Assembly (NCBI GenBank): GCA_046290225.1
Contig: JBKAGE010000077.1
Location: 106,313 to 170,312 of the forward strand
Direction: 5' to 3'
Length of the DNA stretch: 64,000 nt
DNA from: Bradymonadia bacterium
GTDB lineage: Bacteria; Myxococcota_A; Bradymonadia; UBA7976; UBA1532
Both the position numbers and the translations under genes were made by a program. A model generated the notes under the pieces. It saw only the letters and a list, made by a program, of their open reading frames with translations, made no database searches and was not told the DNA's origin. Shown one piece after another: positions 8,340 to 17,698 of this stretch (position 1 is its first letter; each line of letters starts with the position of its first letter).

Positions 8340-10709
8340 CTATGACCCACCCCCTTTTTTCGAGGGCGCTCTGTCGCCCAAAGCCAACAACGCCGGCAAA
8401 ATGACCAAATCTCCAGGCAGGGCGCAGGCGATGGCCACCAGGACCAGCTGCCCGAAGTGGGCCGTGGCCAGAAAGGCGCTCGTGGTGATGACCGAGACCC
8501 CGAGACAGAGCAGCACCGTGGTCATGATGATCGGCCGCCCGGTGCGCACCAGGGCCTCGTGGACCGCCTCGTGACGAGGCCGCCGACGACGCTCCTCCCG
8601 ATAGCGCACGAGGAAGTGGATCGTGTCGTCCACGGCGAGGCCCAGGGAGATCGAGAACGTGATCACTGTGGTGGTGTTGAGGGGGTAGTCGAAGAGCCCC
8701 ATGAAGCCGAAGGCGCACAGCAACGGGAACATGTTGGGGATCACGCTCAACAGCCCCAGGGGCAGTGAGCGGAACAAGATCACCATGGCGAAGAAGATGA
8801 TCACTGCGGCGATGCCGAGGCTGCCGAGCAGATCTTCAATGTAGTACTGCAGCGCTCTCGAGGCCACGAGGCCTTCACCGGTCAACCGCACCGACACCCC
8901 AGGCAAGTCGCCGAAGAGACGCTGCGCCTCGGCCTCGATCTCTTCGAAGAGCGGCAGAAAGTGGCCAGATCCTTTATCGGCGAGCCGACCGCTGATGCGG
9001 ATGTGTTGCCAGTCGTCCCGCATCACCCTGTGCCAGGGCAGGCCGCCCTTGGCTGACGGATCAGCGCCCATCTCCTCGATGAGCAGCGTCTGGGCCAGCT
9101 CTTCGGCGGTCCGGGGCAGGTTCGGGCTGTGGGTCGAGCCCTCGACCTCGGCCTCCACCCCTCTGAAAGCCACCCAAAGCGCTCTGATGAAGGTGGCGGG
9201 CGACACGGTGCGGCCGGCGCCCTCGAGGCCCTCGATGTATTGCTGCAGCGCCCAGGTCCGTTGCAGCACTTCGGCGTCTTTCAAGCGGCCCGGCGCGTCA
9301 CCCTTGATGCTCACGCCGAGCTCCAAAAGCCCTCCGAGGGCCTGCTCTGCCTGCATTTGCGCCTGATACAGCTCGGAGTCGGGGTGGAAGGCCTCGTGAA
9401 TGCGGCTGTCGATCTGTACCTGCGTGATGCCATAGCCCAGCACGGCCACCATGGGCAGCATCGACGCCAGCCAGCGGCCCGGATGGGCTACGACACTGTC
9501 AGCGAGGGCCACGAGCACACGATCGAGCTTCGACCCCGTCGAGGTCTTCGAAGGTTGTGTGTCATTGAGCTTCAAAGGCGCGCCACGGGCGAGGATGAGC
9601 GGCACCACGGTGATGGTGGTCAGGTAGGCGAAGACGACGCCGGCGGCGGTGAGCAGACCGAACTCCCGCAAGAGGGCAGTTCGACTCACACACAACGAGG
9701 CGAAGCCCACGGCGGTGGTGAAACTGGTGAGGAAACAGGCCCCGGCAAGCTTCACCGTGCTCCGGTGCAGAGCCACGCCACCTTCGAGGCCGCCGTCGTG
9801 CTCCTCGGCGTAGCGGGTCATCAGATGGATCGCGTCGGAGATGCCCAGGGTGAAGAGCAACAACGGCAACACATTGCTCAACAGGTTGATGGGGGCGTCG
9901 AGATGCCCCATGAGCCCGGGCACCCACAGCAACACCAGGGCGATGGCGGCGAAAGGCGCAATCACAGCGATCCATCGCCGCCTGAAGAGCAAGTAGAGCA
10001 CCCCGATGAAGAGCACCATCACGATGGGCAGCAACGTGATCTGATCGCGAATGAGCAGCCCCACGGCTTCGACGCGCAGATGAGGCAACCCGTAGATTTG
10101 TACTGTGACCCCCTGAGGCGGCGGGTGATCGGCGACGAGCGCTTCGAGACGGGTCATGAGCGGCTCGAGCTCGGAGACCTTTCTGATGGCCTCGTCGACC
10201 TCTACGAGCACCGCAGTGGCTTTACCGTCGGTGCTGAGCAGGACCCCACCGATCAGTGGATCAGCCTGCAAAGCTGCGCCGCCTTCGACGAGGGCGTCGA
10301 GGGTCATGGGGGCGACGATGATGGGATCGAACTCGGCCTTGGGAGGCTGAACGATGGGGGTGGTGACGATGCTCTGCACCTGCGCCACCCAGGGCTCGGC
10401 CTGCATGCGCTCTGTGAGCGCGGCCACGTGCTCGAGGGCGGTCCGCTGCAAGGCGCCTTCGTCGTGCCGCACGATGACCATCACCAGATCGTCGGCGTGG
10501 CCAAAGGCCTCGACCATGGACTTCTGGTAGCGATCGTCGTCGTCGCCGGTCTCGAAGAAGGCCTGGGGCGAGAAGTCGAAGCCCAGCCGCAACATGCCGG
10601 CGCCGAGGGCGAGGGTGACGCAGGCCAGCACGAGGGCCACGACTCTGCGTCGTCGCAGCATGAGGTCGATGGCCCGTTCGAGGGCCGATGTAGGCTCTGG
10701 GGTGTTCAC
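8340..10709 (-). CDS. MMPL/RND family transporter
   Basis: Two TM repeats with LGISDAIHL and LGLAVDDTIHF motifs. Confidence 0.9.
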   Translation of the reverse strand: MNTPEPTSALERAIDLMLRRRRVVALVLACVTLALGAGMLRLGFDFSPQAFFETGDDDDRYQKSMVEAFGHADDLVMVIVRHDEGALQRTALEHVAALTERMQAEPWVAQVQSIVTTPIVQPPKAEFDPIIVAPMTLDALVEGGAALQADPLIGGVLLSTDGKATAVLVEVDEAIRKVSELEPLMTRLEALVADHPPPQGVTVQIYGLPHLRVEAVGLLIRDQITLLPIVMVLFIGVLYLLFRRRWIAVIAPFAAIALVLLWVPGLMGHLDAPINLLSNVLPLLLFTLGISDAIHLMTRYAEEHDGGLEGGVALHRSTVKLAGACFLTSFTTAVGFASLCVSRTALLREFGLLTAAGVVFAYLTTITVVPLILARGAPLKLNDTQPSKTSTGSKLDRVLVALADSVVAHPGRWLASMLPMVAVLGYGITQVQIDSRIHEAFHPDSELYQAQMQAEQALGGLLELGVSIKGDAPGRLKDAEVLQRTWALQQYIEGLEGAGRTVSPATFIRALWVAFRGVEAEVEGSTHSPNLPRTAEELAQTLLIEEMGADPSAKGGLPWHRVMRDDWQHIRISGRLADKGSGHFLPLFEEIEAEAQRLFGDLPGVSVRLTGEGLVASRALQYYIEDLLGSLGIAAVIIFFAMVILFRSLPLGLLSVIPNMFPLLCAFGFMGLFDYPLNTTTVITFSISLGLAVDDTIHFLVRYREERRRRPRHEAVHEALVRTGRPIIMTTVLLCLGVSVITTSAFLATAHFGQLVLVAIACALPGDLVILPALLALGDRAPSKKGGGS

Positions 10710-10963
10710 GGTCTCTCTTGATGCACACGGGGGCCCGTCGTCGCGGGGAACACCCTGGCTGATGGGGTCACCTGTGACCCTCGGGTCATGGCCGACCCGT
10801 GGAGACAGGGGAAGATATCCGGCGAGTCTCGCCGATGTGCCCTCCTGAACTCACACCATATTTCTCGATCTTCCACTTCGCCTGCTCGCCGCCTAAGTGG
10901 ACGCTCAAGGGGCTCGAGATCGTCCCGATAACCAAGGGCACGTTCAACGGCAGGGCACAGACC

Positions 10964-13705
10964 ATGCGCACTCGATACCTGAAGAGCATCCGCCATCTCT
11001 ATGTACTCGCCCTTACAGTGATGTGGGGCTGTGAAACCGGAGACACGCCCGCGCGCGTGTTCACCGACGCCGCGCCGATCCCCGACGGGGCGCCATCATC
11101 CAACTCAGATGCGGGCACGCGATATGAGGCCGTAGAGGTCCCTGACGAGGTCGAGGGTGAGATCCCCGAGGCCGTGCACGGGCCTGACGAGACGCCGCCT
11201 GCTGAAGAAGGCCCCATCGACGAAGATCCAGTCGACGCAGATCCGATCGACGAAGATCCAATCGATGAGGAGCCGATCGCTGAAGCTCCGGGAGAAGGTG
11301 CACCCAATGGGGAAGGGTCAGCCGCTGAAGAGCCAGCCGCCGAGCCCCCTGTGGAGCACCCCGGCGAAGAGCAACCAGACGCACAACAACCCGAAGCAGA
11401 AGCGCCCGGAGCGGGGGCGCCCGCTGCGCCTGCGCCGGTGATCCGCATGCGCAATGTAGTCGCCGAGTGCGAGGGGCCGTGGGGATCAGTCGTGCGGCTC
11501 AACGCGTGTGGCAGTGAAGGTGAGGTCCTCACCTATCGCTGGCTGAGCGACGTGCCCCTGGCGCCCAGATGTGATCCAGAGGGTGTGTTCCCACTGGGCG
11601 CCCACGCCCTCACCCTGGAGATCACCGACGTGCACGGCCGTGTGAGCGCCGCCCGCGTAGAGGTGGTGGTCGAGGACACCACGCCCCCTCACGTCGAGCT
11701 GGTGCGCCTCGCCCAAGAGGACGACGATCGCTGGCGGTGGTGTCACAGGCCCAGGCAGTTCGAGGTCCTGGACATCGGCGAGGGCGATCTGTGCGGCGCA
11801 GAGATCACCCATCGATGGCGCGTGAACGGTGTGCCTGTGCTCGAAGACTCTCGGAGGCTCACCTTCGAAGACATCGAGGCCGGCTTACACGGCGAGGCTG
11901 GTCTGCACAACGTGGTGGCCGAGGTCTGCGATGCCCACGGCAACTGCGCCCAGCCTCTCATCGTCGCTGGAGAGCGCCGCCCTGTGTCGGGGGACGGCTT
12001 CTTCTACGACGAGCCGGGTCGCCTCGTCGTCGATCACGCCCGTGGCGCCCTAGGTCAAGAGCGCGTGCGCATCACGCTCGAGTACATCGATCCGCTCACC
12101 GACATCTGCAACGACCCGATCTCTTGGGGCGAAGCTCTGGCGAGCTATGTGCAGGTCGGCCCCCTCGAGTTCCAGGCCCCTCGCGGACACTTCGAGGATC
12201 GGGCGAGCTGGGGGGTAGACCGAGCGGTCTATGCCTCTACGGCGCTCAGAGGGCGGCCCTTCCCAGAGCTCGGCGCCACGTGGCGGCTGCCCGCGGCGGA
12301 CGGGATCTTGGACAGCGGCCTATGGCGAGGCCGTCAGCGCGTGACCCAACCCCCAGAGGGCTTCGTACCTGGCCAGCCCTTCACCGTGTGGCTCAACGGC
12401 GTCGAGATCCCACCGGCCGACGCGCAGCTCGACGCCGAGGCAGACACCGTGAGCACGCAGCTCAACCACCTCTCATCCATCGCCCTCGCCGCGCGCATCA
12501 ACGCCATGAGCGATCTCACCGGGGTGGTGGCGTGGCCCATGCCCACGGTGGTGCCCATCATCGACGAGCCCGAGGCGGTGCGGCGCCTGGATCACATCCG
12601 CTTCTTCTCCATCAACCAAGTGGGGAGCCCCGAGCTCGTGGTCCAGCCGGGGGGCGCTGAGCTCTACCGCCAACTGCACGCCGCTGGACGTGAGCACGGC
12701 ATCGCCATCGGGGATCTGCCTGGCGTCGGTCGAGTCATTCAGGCTGACGACGGGCGCAACGTGGCGATCTTGTGCCGCGAGCAGGGCTGCGAGCGCGCGG
12801 GCATGCACACGACGGCGAAGTTCCACGGCGCGGTGTACGCCGGTGAGGTGATGTTGTGGTCTGCTGAAGCATTCCACCTCAGGATCGCGGATCAGGATCA
12901 GCGCCTCGTGCACGACGACATGGTGCACCCTACGGCCTGGAGCGGCCCCGCGGTGCGGCACGGCGGGCCCGTCTCGGAGGCCCTCATCGTCGACGAGACC
13001 CGCCGTATCGGCGGACCAGAGCTGACTGAGCAAAACCTCTCTATCAACGGCATCTCCATCGGCATACCCGGGGTCGTGCAAGACATCATCAACGGCGGCA
13101 CCGAGAGCGAGGCACCCTGGAAGGCCTACATGATCAACGAGCACGCCGACGAGACCGGGGTGATCGCTCAGCCCACCCCAGCCCGTTGGCATCGCCCAGT
13201 ACAGCGCATCCGCAGGGGCACCTTGGCTGGGCGTGAGTACATATACATCAACGATGTTGAGCTCCCAGAGGTCGACTTCGAAGCGGGTGATGCCACCGGA
13301 GCCCTCGTAGAGGCATTCAACAGCGTGAGCAACGCGTCGGGCGTCGTCGCCACGATCGTCGACGGTGTGTTCGAGCTGACCACCCCCGCTGGGGAAGACA
13401 TCAACATACGCAGCTCATTTCCCGAGTGGCGTGGCAACGCCAAGGGAGGCATTGAGCTCAGCAGCGGCGCGACCTTCGTCGTCGAGGGCGAGTTGTCCAC
13501 CATCGGCTGGCCTGGAAGGCGGGTCATCGTGCCCTGGCCCGAAGACGGCGCCGATCATGACGCGCTGTGGACCATCGAGCACACCGGCGACATGTTCGTC
13601 TTTACCCACCGGGAGCCGCTCCCAGAGCCGCTGCGCACCCTCGACCGCGATCAACTGCGCATCAACATCGACGGCTTCTTGTTCGACTGGGAGTGGTGGT
13701 TCTGA
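10964..13705 (+). CDS. Large lipoprotein: acidic linker, PKD/Ig-like region and flagellin-central-domain-like repeats
   Basis: Lipobox VMWGC; D/E/P-rich linker; AARINAMSDLTGVVA, YMINEHADETGVIA and EAFNSVSNASGVVA resemble flagellin hook IN motifs. Confidence 0.65.
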   Translation: MRTRYLKSIRHLYVLALTVMWGCETGDTPARVFTDAAPIPDGAPSSNSDAGTRYEAVEVPDEVEGEIPEAVHGPDETPPAEEGPIDEDPVDADPIDEDPIDEEPIAEAPGEGAPNGEGSAAEEPAAEPPVEHPGEEQPDAQQPEAEAPGAGAPAAPAPVIRMRNVVAECEGPWGSVVRLNACGSEGEVLTYRWLSDVPLAPRCDPEGVFPLGAHALTLEITDVHGRVSAARVEVVVEDTTPPHVELVRLAQEDDDRWRWCHRPRQFEVLDIGEGDLCGAEITHRWRVNGVPVLEDSRRLTFEDIEAGLHGEAGLHNVVAEVCDAHGNCAQPLIVAGERRPVSGDGFFYDEPGRLVVDHARGALGQERVRITLEYIDPLTDICNDPISWGEALASYVQVGPLEFQAPRGHFEDRASWGVDRAVYASTALRGRPFPELGATWRLPAADGILDSGLWRGRQRVTQPPEGFVPGQPFTVWLNGVEIPPADAQLDAEADTVSTQLNHLSSIALAARINAMSDLTGVVAWPMPTVVPIIDEPEAVRRLDHIRFFSINQVGSPELVVQPGGAELYRQLHAAGREHGIAIGDLPGVGRVIQADDGRNVAILCREQGCERAGMHTTAKFHGAVYAGEVMLWSAEAFHLRIADQDQRLVHDDMVHPTAWSGPAVRHGGPVSEALIVDETRRIGGPELTEQNLSINGISIGIPGVVQDIINGGTESEAPWKAYMINEHADETGVIAQPTPARWHRPVQRIRRGTLAGREYIYINDVELPEVDFEAGDATGALVEAFNSVSNASGVVATIVDGVFELTTPAGEDINIRSSFPEWRGNAKGGIELSSGATFVVEGELSTIGWPGRRVIVPWPEDGADHDALWTIEHTGDMFVFTHREPLPEPLRTLDRDQLRINIDGFLFDWEWWF

Positions 13706-13761
13706 GGCACGCGAGGTGATTTTCGGTGGCCGGTGCCGCCCGCAAGCGTTATGCAGTCTGC

Positions 13762-14733
13762 ATGCATTGGACGACGATCACGCTCATCTCTCTGGCCGCC
13801 CTATGGCTGCTCGCTAACTTCAGGACCCGGCGCCCTGACGGCACGCTTGTGCCCAAGGTGCACCCGTACCGGCACTTGATGCAGTACATCATGCCCACCC
13901 GGAACGAGTCGCTGGTGTACTTCGACAGCTATGTCTACGCCGAGTCCATCGAGGCCTACCTCGAGAAGGCGGGGCCCAAGCTCGGGGCCAACATGATCCA
14001 CGCCTTCATCGGGGCCCTCAACGTAGCCTTCGGGTTCCACCCCCACATGAACCGCTTCGTCGCCGGCAAGCGGCTCTACGATCGCGACGGGCGGTGGTTC
14101 AGCTTCAGCATGAAGCGCAAGAAGATGGGCAAGAAGGCCAAGCTCTCTGCGGTGAAGATGCAGATGAAGGACGGCGAGTCTTTCGCCGACCTCGTGGCCC
14201 GCATCAACGGCAGCATCAGCCACGAGCGCAGTGGTAAGAAGACCGCCGCCGACAAAGAGTACGATCTGTTCAAGATCTTGCCCCGCCCTCTGCTCGCTGG
14301 GGCGGCGAAGTTCCTGCGGTGGCTCGACTATTACGGGCTGCTGCCGGGCTTCTTCATCAAGGGCGACGGCATGTACACCACCTGCTTCGTGGCCAACCTC
14401 GGCAGCCTGGGCATCGCCCCGGCCTACCACCACCTGTACGAGTGGGGGAACTGCCCCATCTTCATGATGCTGGGCAAGATCGACGACAAGCCCGTCATCG
14501 AAGACGGCGAGGTGGTGGTCCGCCGGGTGCTGCACCTGCGCATCAGCCTCGACGAGCGCGTGGCCGACGCCCTCGCCGCCCACGACGGCACAAAGACCAT
14601 CATCGAGATCTTGCAGAACCCCGAGAAGTGGCTCGGCTGCATCGCCGAAGACGACAGCGACGTGTTCCCCATGTGGCCCCGTAAAGACGATGAGCCCTGC
14701 CCTGGAGACAACGCACGCCTGGCAGTGTGCTGA
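13762..14733 (+). CDS. 2-oxoacid dehydrogenase acyltransferase catalytic-domain-like protein
   Basis: MNRFVAGKRLY, FVANLGSLGI, YHHLYEWG, LDERVAD motifs. Confidence 0.7.
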   Translation: MHWTTITLISLAALWLLANFRTRRPDGTLVPKVHPYRHLMQYIMPTRNESLVYFDSYVYAESIEAYLEKAGPKLGANMIHAFIGALNVAFGFHPHMNRFVAGKRLYDRDGRWFSFSMKRKKMGKKAKLSAVKMQMKDGESFADLVARINGSISHERSGKKTAADKEYDLFKILPRPLLAGAAKFLRWLDYYGLLPGFFIKGDGMYTTCFVANLGSLGIAPAYHHLYEWGNCPIFMMLGKIDDKPVIEDGEVVVRRVLHLRISLDERVADALAAHDGTKTIIEILQNPEKWLGCIAEDDSDVFPMWPRKDDEPCPGDNARLAVC

Positions 14734-14755
14734 TCACCAGAGAACAGAGAGCGAG

Positions 14756-15778
14756 ATGAGCGCTGATCACCCTCACCGACGCGAAGTCCTCGCCACCCTC
14801 GGCGCCGGCGCAGCTGTGGCGGCGCTCCCTGCAGAAGCCGCCTCACCGGCGAAGCTGCTCGAAGATCAGGTGGTGCTCAGCGCCAACCCCACCACCCGCG
14901 TGCTCTACACCTGGACCACCAAAGAGCAGATCTTCGCCCTGCGTCACGGCGCGCCTCTGCTCGAGCGGGCCCGCTCGCCTCGTCATGGTCTGTCGCGGTT
15001 CGATCGCGCGCTCCGCGCCACCACCAAAGATCAGCAACACCCCCTGCACGCCCACCTGCTCAGCGACGGGTACATGTCCCGGCGGTTCGCCTGGGCCCAG
15101 CCCTGGGGCACGCTGCTCGGGTGGGGTGAAGAGACATATGGTGATCAGCTGATCCGCATCGAGCTGAAGCCCGAGGCACTCGTGGCCTCGGTCCAGACGG
15201 GTGATCGCCCCCGCCGCTGGCTCACTCACCCACACGGGCAGCCCACGCCCCGGCCGAGCGCAGCGGAGGATGTCGGCAAAATCGGTGCCGTCTTTCATAT
15301 CCATGAGGGGGGTCGGTACTGCGGGCCAAGCACCCATAAACTGGTGGGCACGATGATGGTCCGCGAGGCGCCCGCTGAATGCGTCGAGGTGGGCACCTTC
15401 GGCTCAGAGAGCCGCTTCTATCGAGAGTACATCCTCTTCGATCCCGCTCAGATCGCCCGCTGGTCCTATGGCGATCGTCAATGCCGCGCAGCGCTGAGGG
15501 CGGATATCGAGCTCGTGGGCCAGCTGATTTCAGCCCAGAAACAACTCAGCGCCGAGGGCCTGCGCTGGCCGCCTGCAACAGAGGCTTGGCTCAAGCAACC
15601 CACCCCCGGGCGCCCGGTGCCGTCGATGCCCGACGAGCACCGTCTGCGGCAGCTCTACATCGGCGCCCTGCCCTGGACGTCACCGCCGTACACGCCCGAG
15701 CGCAGACAGCTCAAAGCGCTGCAGGCTGCGCTGCGCAAGGCCCTCAAATCGCAGGGCAAGCCCCTCTCGAGCCCGTGA
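14756..15778 (+). CDS. Tat-exported hypothetical protein
   Basis: HRREVLATLGAGAAVAA twin-arginine signal. Confidence 0.6.
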   Translation: MSADHPHRREVLATLGAGAAVAALPAEAASPAKLLEDQVVLSANPTTRVLYTWTTKEQIFALRHGAPLLERARSPRHGLSRFDRALRATTKDQQHPLHAHLLSDGYMSRRFAWAQPWGTLLGWGEETYGDQLIRIELKPEALVASVQTGDRPRRWLTHPHGQPTPRPSAAEDVGKIGAVFHIHEGGRYCGPSTHKLVGTMMVREAPAECVEVGTFGSESRFYREYILFDPAQIARWSYGDRQCRAALRADIELVGQLISAQKQLSAEGLRWPPATEAWLKQPTPGRPVPSMPDEHRLRQLYIGALPWTSPPYTPERRQLKALQAALRKALKSQGKPLSSP

Positions 15779-16287
15779 GGCCGCGGCGGATCCCCCGGGC
15801 GGAGGCGGTCGCGCGGATCCAGGCCGTCTATGGCGACGCTGACTGCCTCATGTGTGCCATCCTCGAAGGCCAGGGCCCACCCCCCCTCACCGTACATCGA
15901 GGCACCCACGCCACGGTGACCCTCGCCCGCTTCGCCCGAGCGCCAGGGCACCTGATGGTTCTGTTGCACGATCATCAAACGCACGTGGCCGAGCTGGCTC
16001 CGGAGGCGTGGCTTGAGGCCTGCGTCCTGGCACAACGCGGCGCTCAGGTGATCCAACGTCTCTATGATCCTCGGCGCTGCTATGTGGCCTCACTGGGCAC
16101 CGATCTCGACCACCTGCCCATGACCTGCCCCCATGTGCACGTGCACGTCATCCCCATATTCGAGTCCGGGGCCCGACCGTCGTCGGTGCTCTCCTGGTCT
16201 GATGGGGTCTGGGATGCCGACGAGGCGTGGTGGCAGGCTGAGCGGCTTCGGTTTCGTGAAGCCTGGGCGCTCACCGAAGTGTGCTGA
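15775..16287 (+). CDS. HIT family protein
   Basis: CLMC N-terminal motif, PGHLMV, HVHVH triad; GTG overlaps the upstream stop. Confidence 0.8.
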   Translation: MRPRRIPRAEAVARIQAVYGDADCLMCAILEGQGPPPLTVHRGTHATVTLARFARAPGHLMVLLHDHQTHVAELAPEAWLEACVLAQRGAQVIQRLYDPRRCYVASLGTDLDHLPMTCPHVHVHVIPIFESGARPSSVLSWSDGVWDADEAWWQAERLRFREAWALTEVC

Positions 16288-17695
16288 CCCGCCACTGGAA
16301 CATCACGCAGGTGGCGGCGGCGGCGACGTTGAGCGAGTCGATCACCCCGAACATCGGGATCTCCACCACCAGATCAGCGGCAGCTCTCAGCGCCGGGGGC
16401 ACCCCGGTGTCTTCGGCCCCCATCACGAACATCGGCCGCGGGGGCCATGGGGCCTCGTGATAGGGCACCGAGTCGGGGGTCTGCTGCACCGCCACGATCT
16501 GGAACCCTCGGGCCCGGGCGATGCGCATCATCGCTTCGGCGTCAGGGGCCTCCCGTACCGGGATCACCCGGTCGGTCCCCCGGGCGGGGCTGCGGAACAA
16601 CCCCCCCTGCCCCACGAGCCACACCTCGGCCACACCAGCGGCTTCGGCGCTGCGGACCGCGGTGCCCAGGTTCACGTCGAAGCGTGTCTGGCACAGCGCC
16701 AGGGCAGAAGGCGGTCGCTCTACCACAGGGGCGTCGTCGTCGGGGCCGATGCCATATGGAGGGCGCGCCGACACCGCGTCGAGCCAGGCGTGACGGCCCA
16801 GTCGATGCTCGATGATCTCTGGGGCGAAGGCGCCCTGCTGTGCCCGCTCTGCGAGCCAGCGCACGCCCGCATCTGCGTCTTCTCTCAACATGAGCAGCGC
16901 AGGATCATTCGCTGGCAGCGCCCGGGCCACGGCTGCCCGAATTGCCGAATCGGGATCTCCAGCCAGCGCCCTCAAAGCAGGCAATGCCTCGGGGGCCCGG
17001 TGGGCGATGGCCCAGGCAGCGGTCACCCGGTGCTCACCCACGAGCATCGCCCGCAGAGCCTCTGGCTCGGCGATGTGGTCGAGGGCCACGGCATCGCCCC
17101 CGTGCACCGCGGCCACCAGCGCATCATGAGCAGGCCGCGCTCTGGCCAGCGCCCGCATCAACGGCTCCGGGCAGGCTCGGCCGGCGTCTTGATGGCTCTG
17201 CACCGCTGATGCGAGGGCCTCGTCGGGCAAATCGCCCTGAGACAACAACGCCTCGGCAGCCCGACGCACCACCTCTACATCTTCGTCGGCGATGGCCTCG
17301 GTGAGGGCCTCTGCAGGGGCAGCCCGCGTAGCCGAAGCGCGGCGCACCCAGGCCGAGGGTGATCTCAACCCATCGCCCAGAGCCGGCTCGGTGGGATCTG
17401 CAAGGATGGTGAGCACTCGGGCGGCGGCCACCCGCGGTCGCTCTGCCGCCTCTTCGTCGAGCAGCAATGGCCGAAGCACCGGCCACACGAGGGCTTGGCG
17501 CATCTCCGACAACAAGCGGGCTGCGCGGCGACGGACAGGTTTGTGGGGGGCATCGAGCAGGGTGGCGAGGGCCCGCACCGTCGTGGGCGTGCCGTGGGCG
17601 AGCAGCACCCCTCGGGCCTGGTCTCGCGCCAGGGTGTCGGGATCGTAGATCGCCTCTTCGAGGGCCTGCTCGAGCTCAGCGGCAGATACGCCCAC
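16271..17695 (-). CDS. HEAT-repeat protein fused to a SpoU/TrmH RNA methyltransferase
   Basis: N-terminal VRRRAA/VRRAS/IRAAVA repeats; C-terminal NLGTAVRSAEA, GAEDTGV, IPMFGVIDSLNVAAA. Confidence 0.8.
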   Translation of the reverse strand: MGVSAAELEQALEEAIYDPDTLARDQARGVLLAHGTPTTVRALATLLDAPHKPVRRRAARLLSEMRQALVWPVLRPLLLDEEAAERPRVAAARVLTILADPTEPALGDGLRSPSAWVRRASATRAAPAEALTEAIADEDVEVVRRAAEALLSQGDLPDEALASAVQSHQDAGRACPEPLMRALARARPAHDALVAAVHGGDAVALDHIAEPEALRAMLVGEHRVTAAWAIAHRAPEALPALRALAGDPDSAIRAAVARALPANDPALLMLREDADAGVRWLAERAQQGAFAPEIIEHRLGRHAWLDAVSARPPYGIGPDDDAPVVERPPSALALCQTRFDVNLGTAVRSAEAAGVAEVWLVGQGGLFRSPARGTDRVIPVREAPDAEAMMRIARARGFQIVAVQQTPDSVPYHEAPWPPRPMFVMGAEDTGVPPALRAAADLVVEIPMFGVIDSLNVAAAATCVMFQWRVSTLR

Positions 17696-17698
17696 GGC

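Noticed and set aside
9129..10721. 530-aa + strand ORF (similar ones at 17495-18805 and 20284-21867)
   Set aside because: Antisense to well-supported genes, with His/Gly/Arg-rich composition typical of shadow frames
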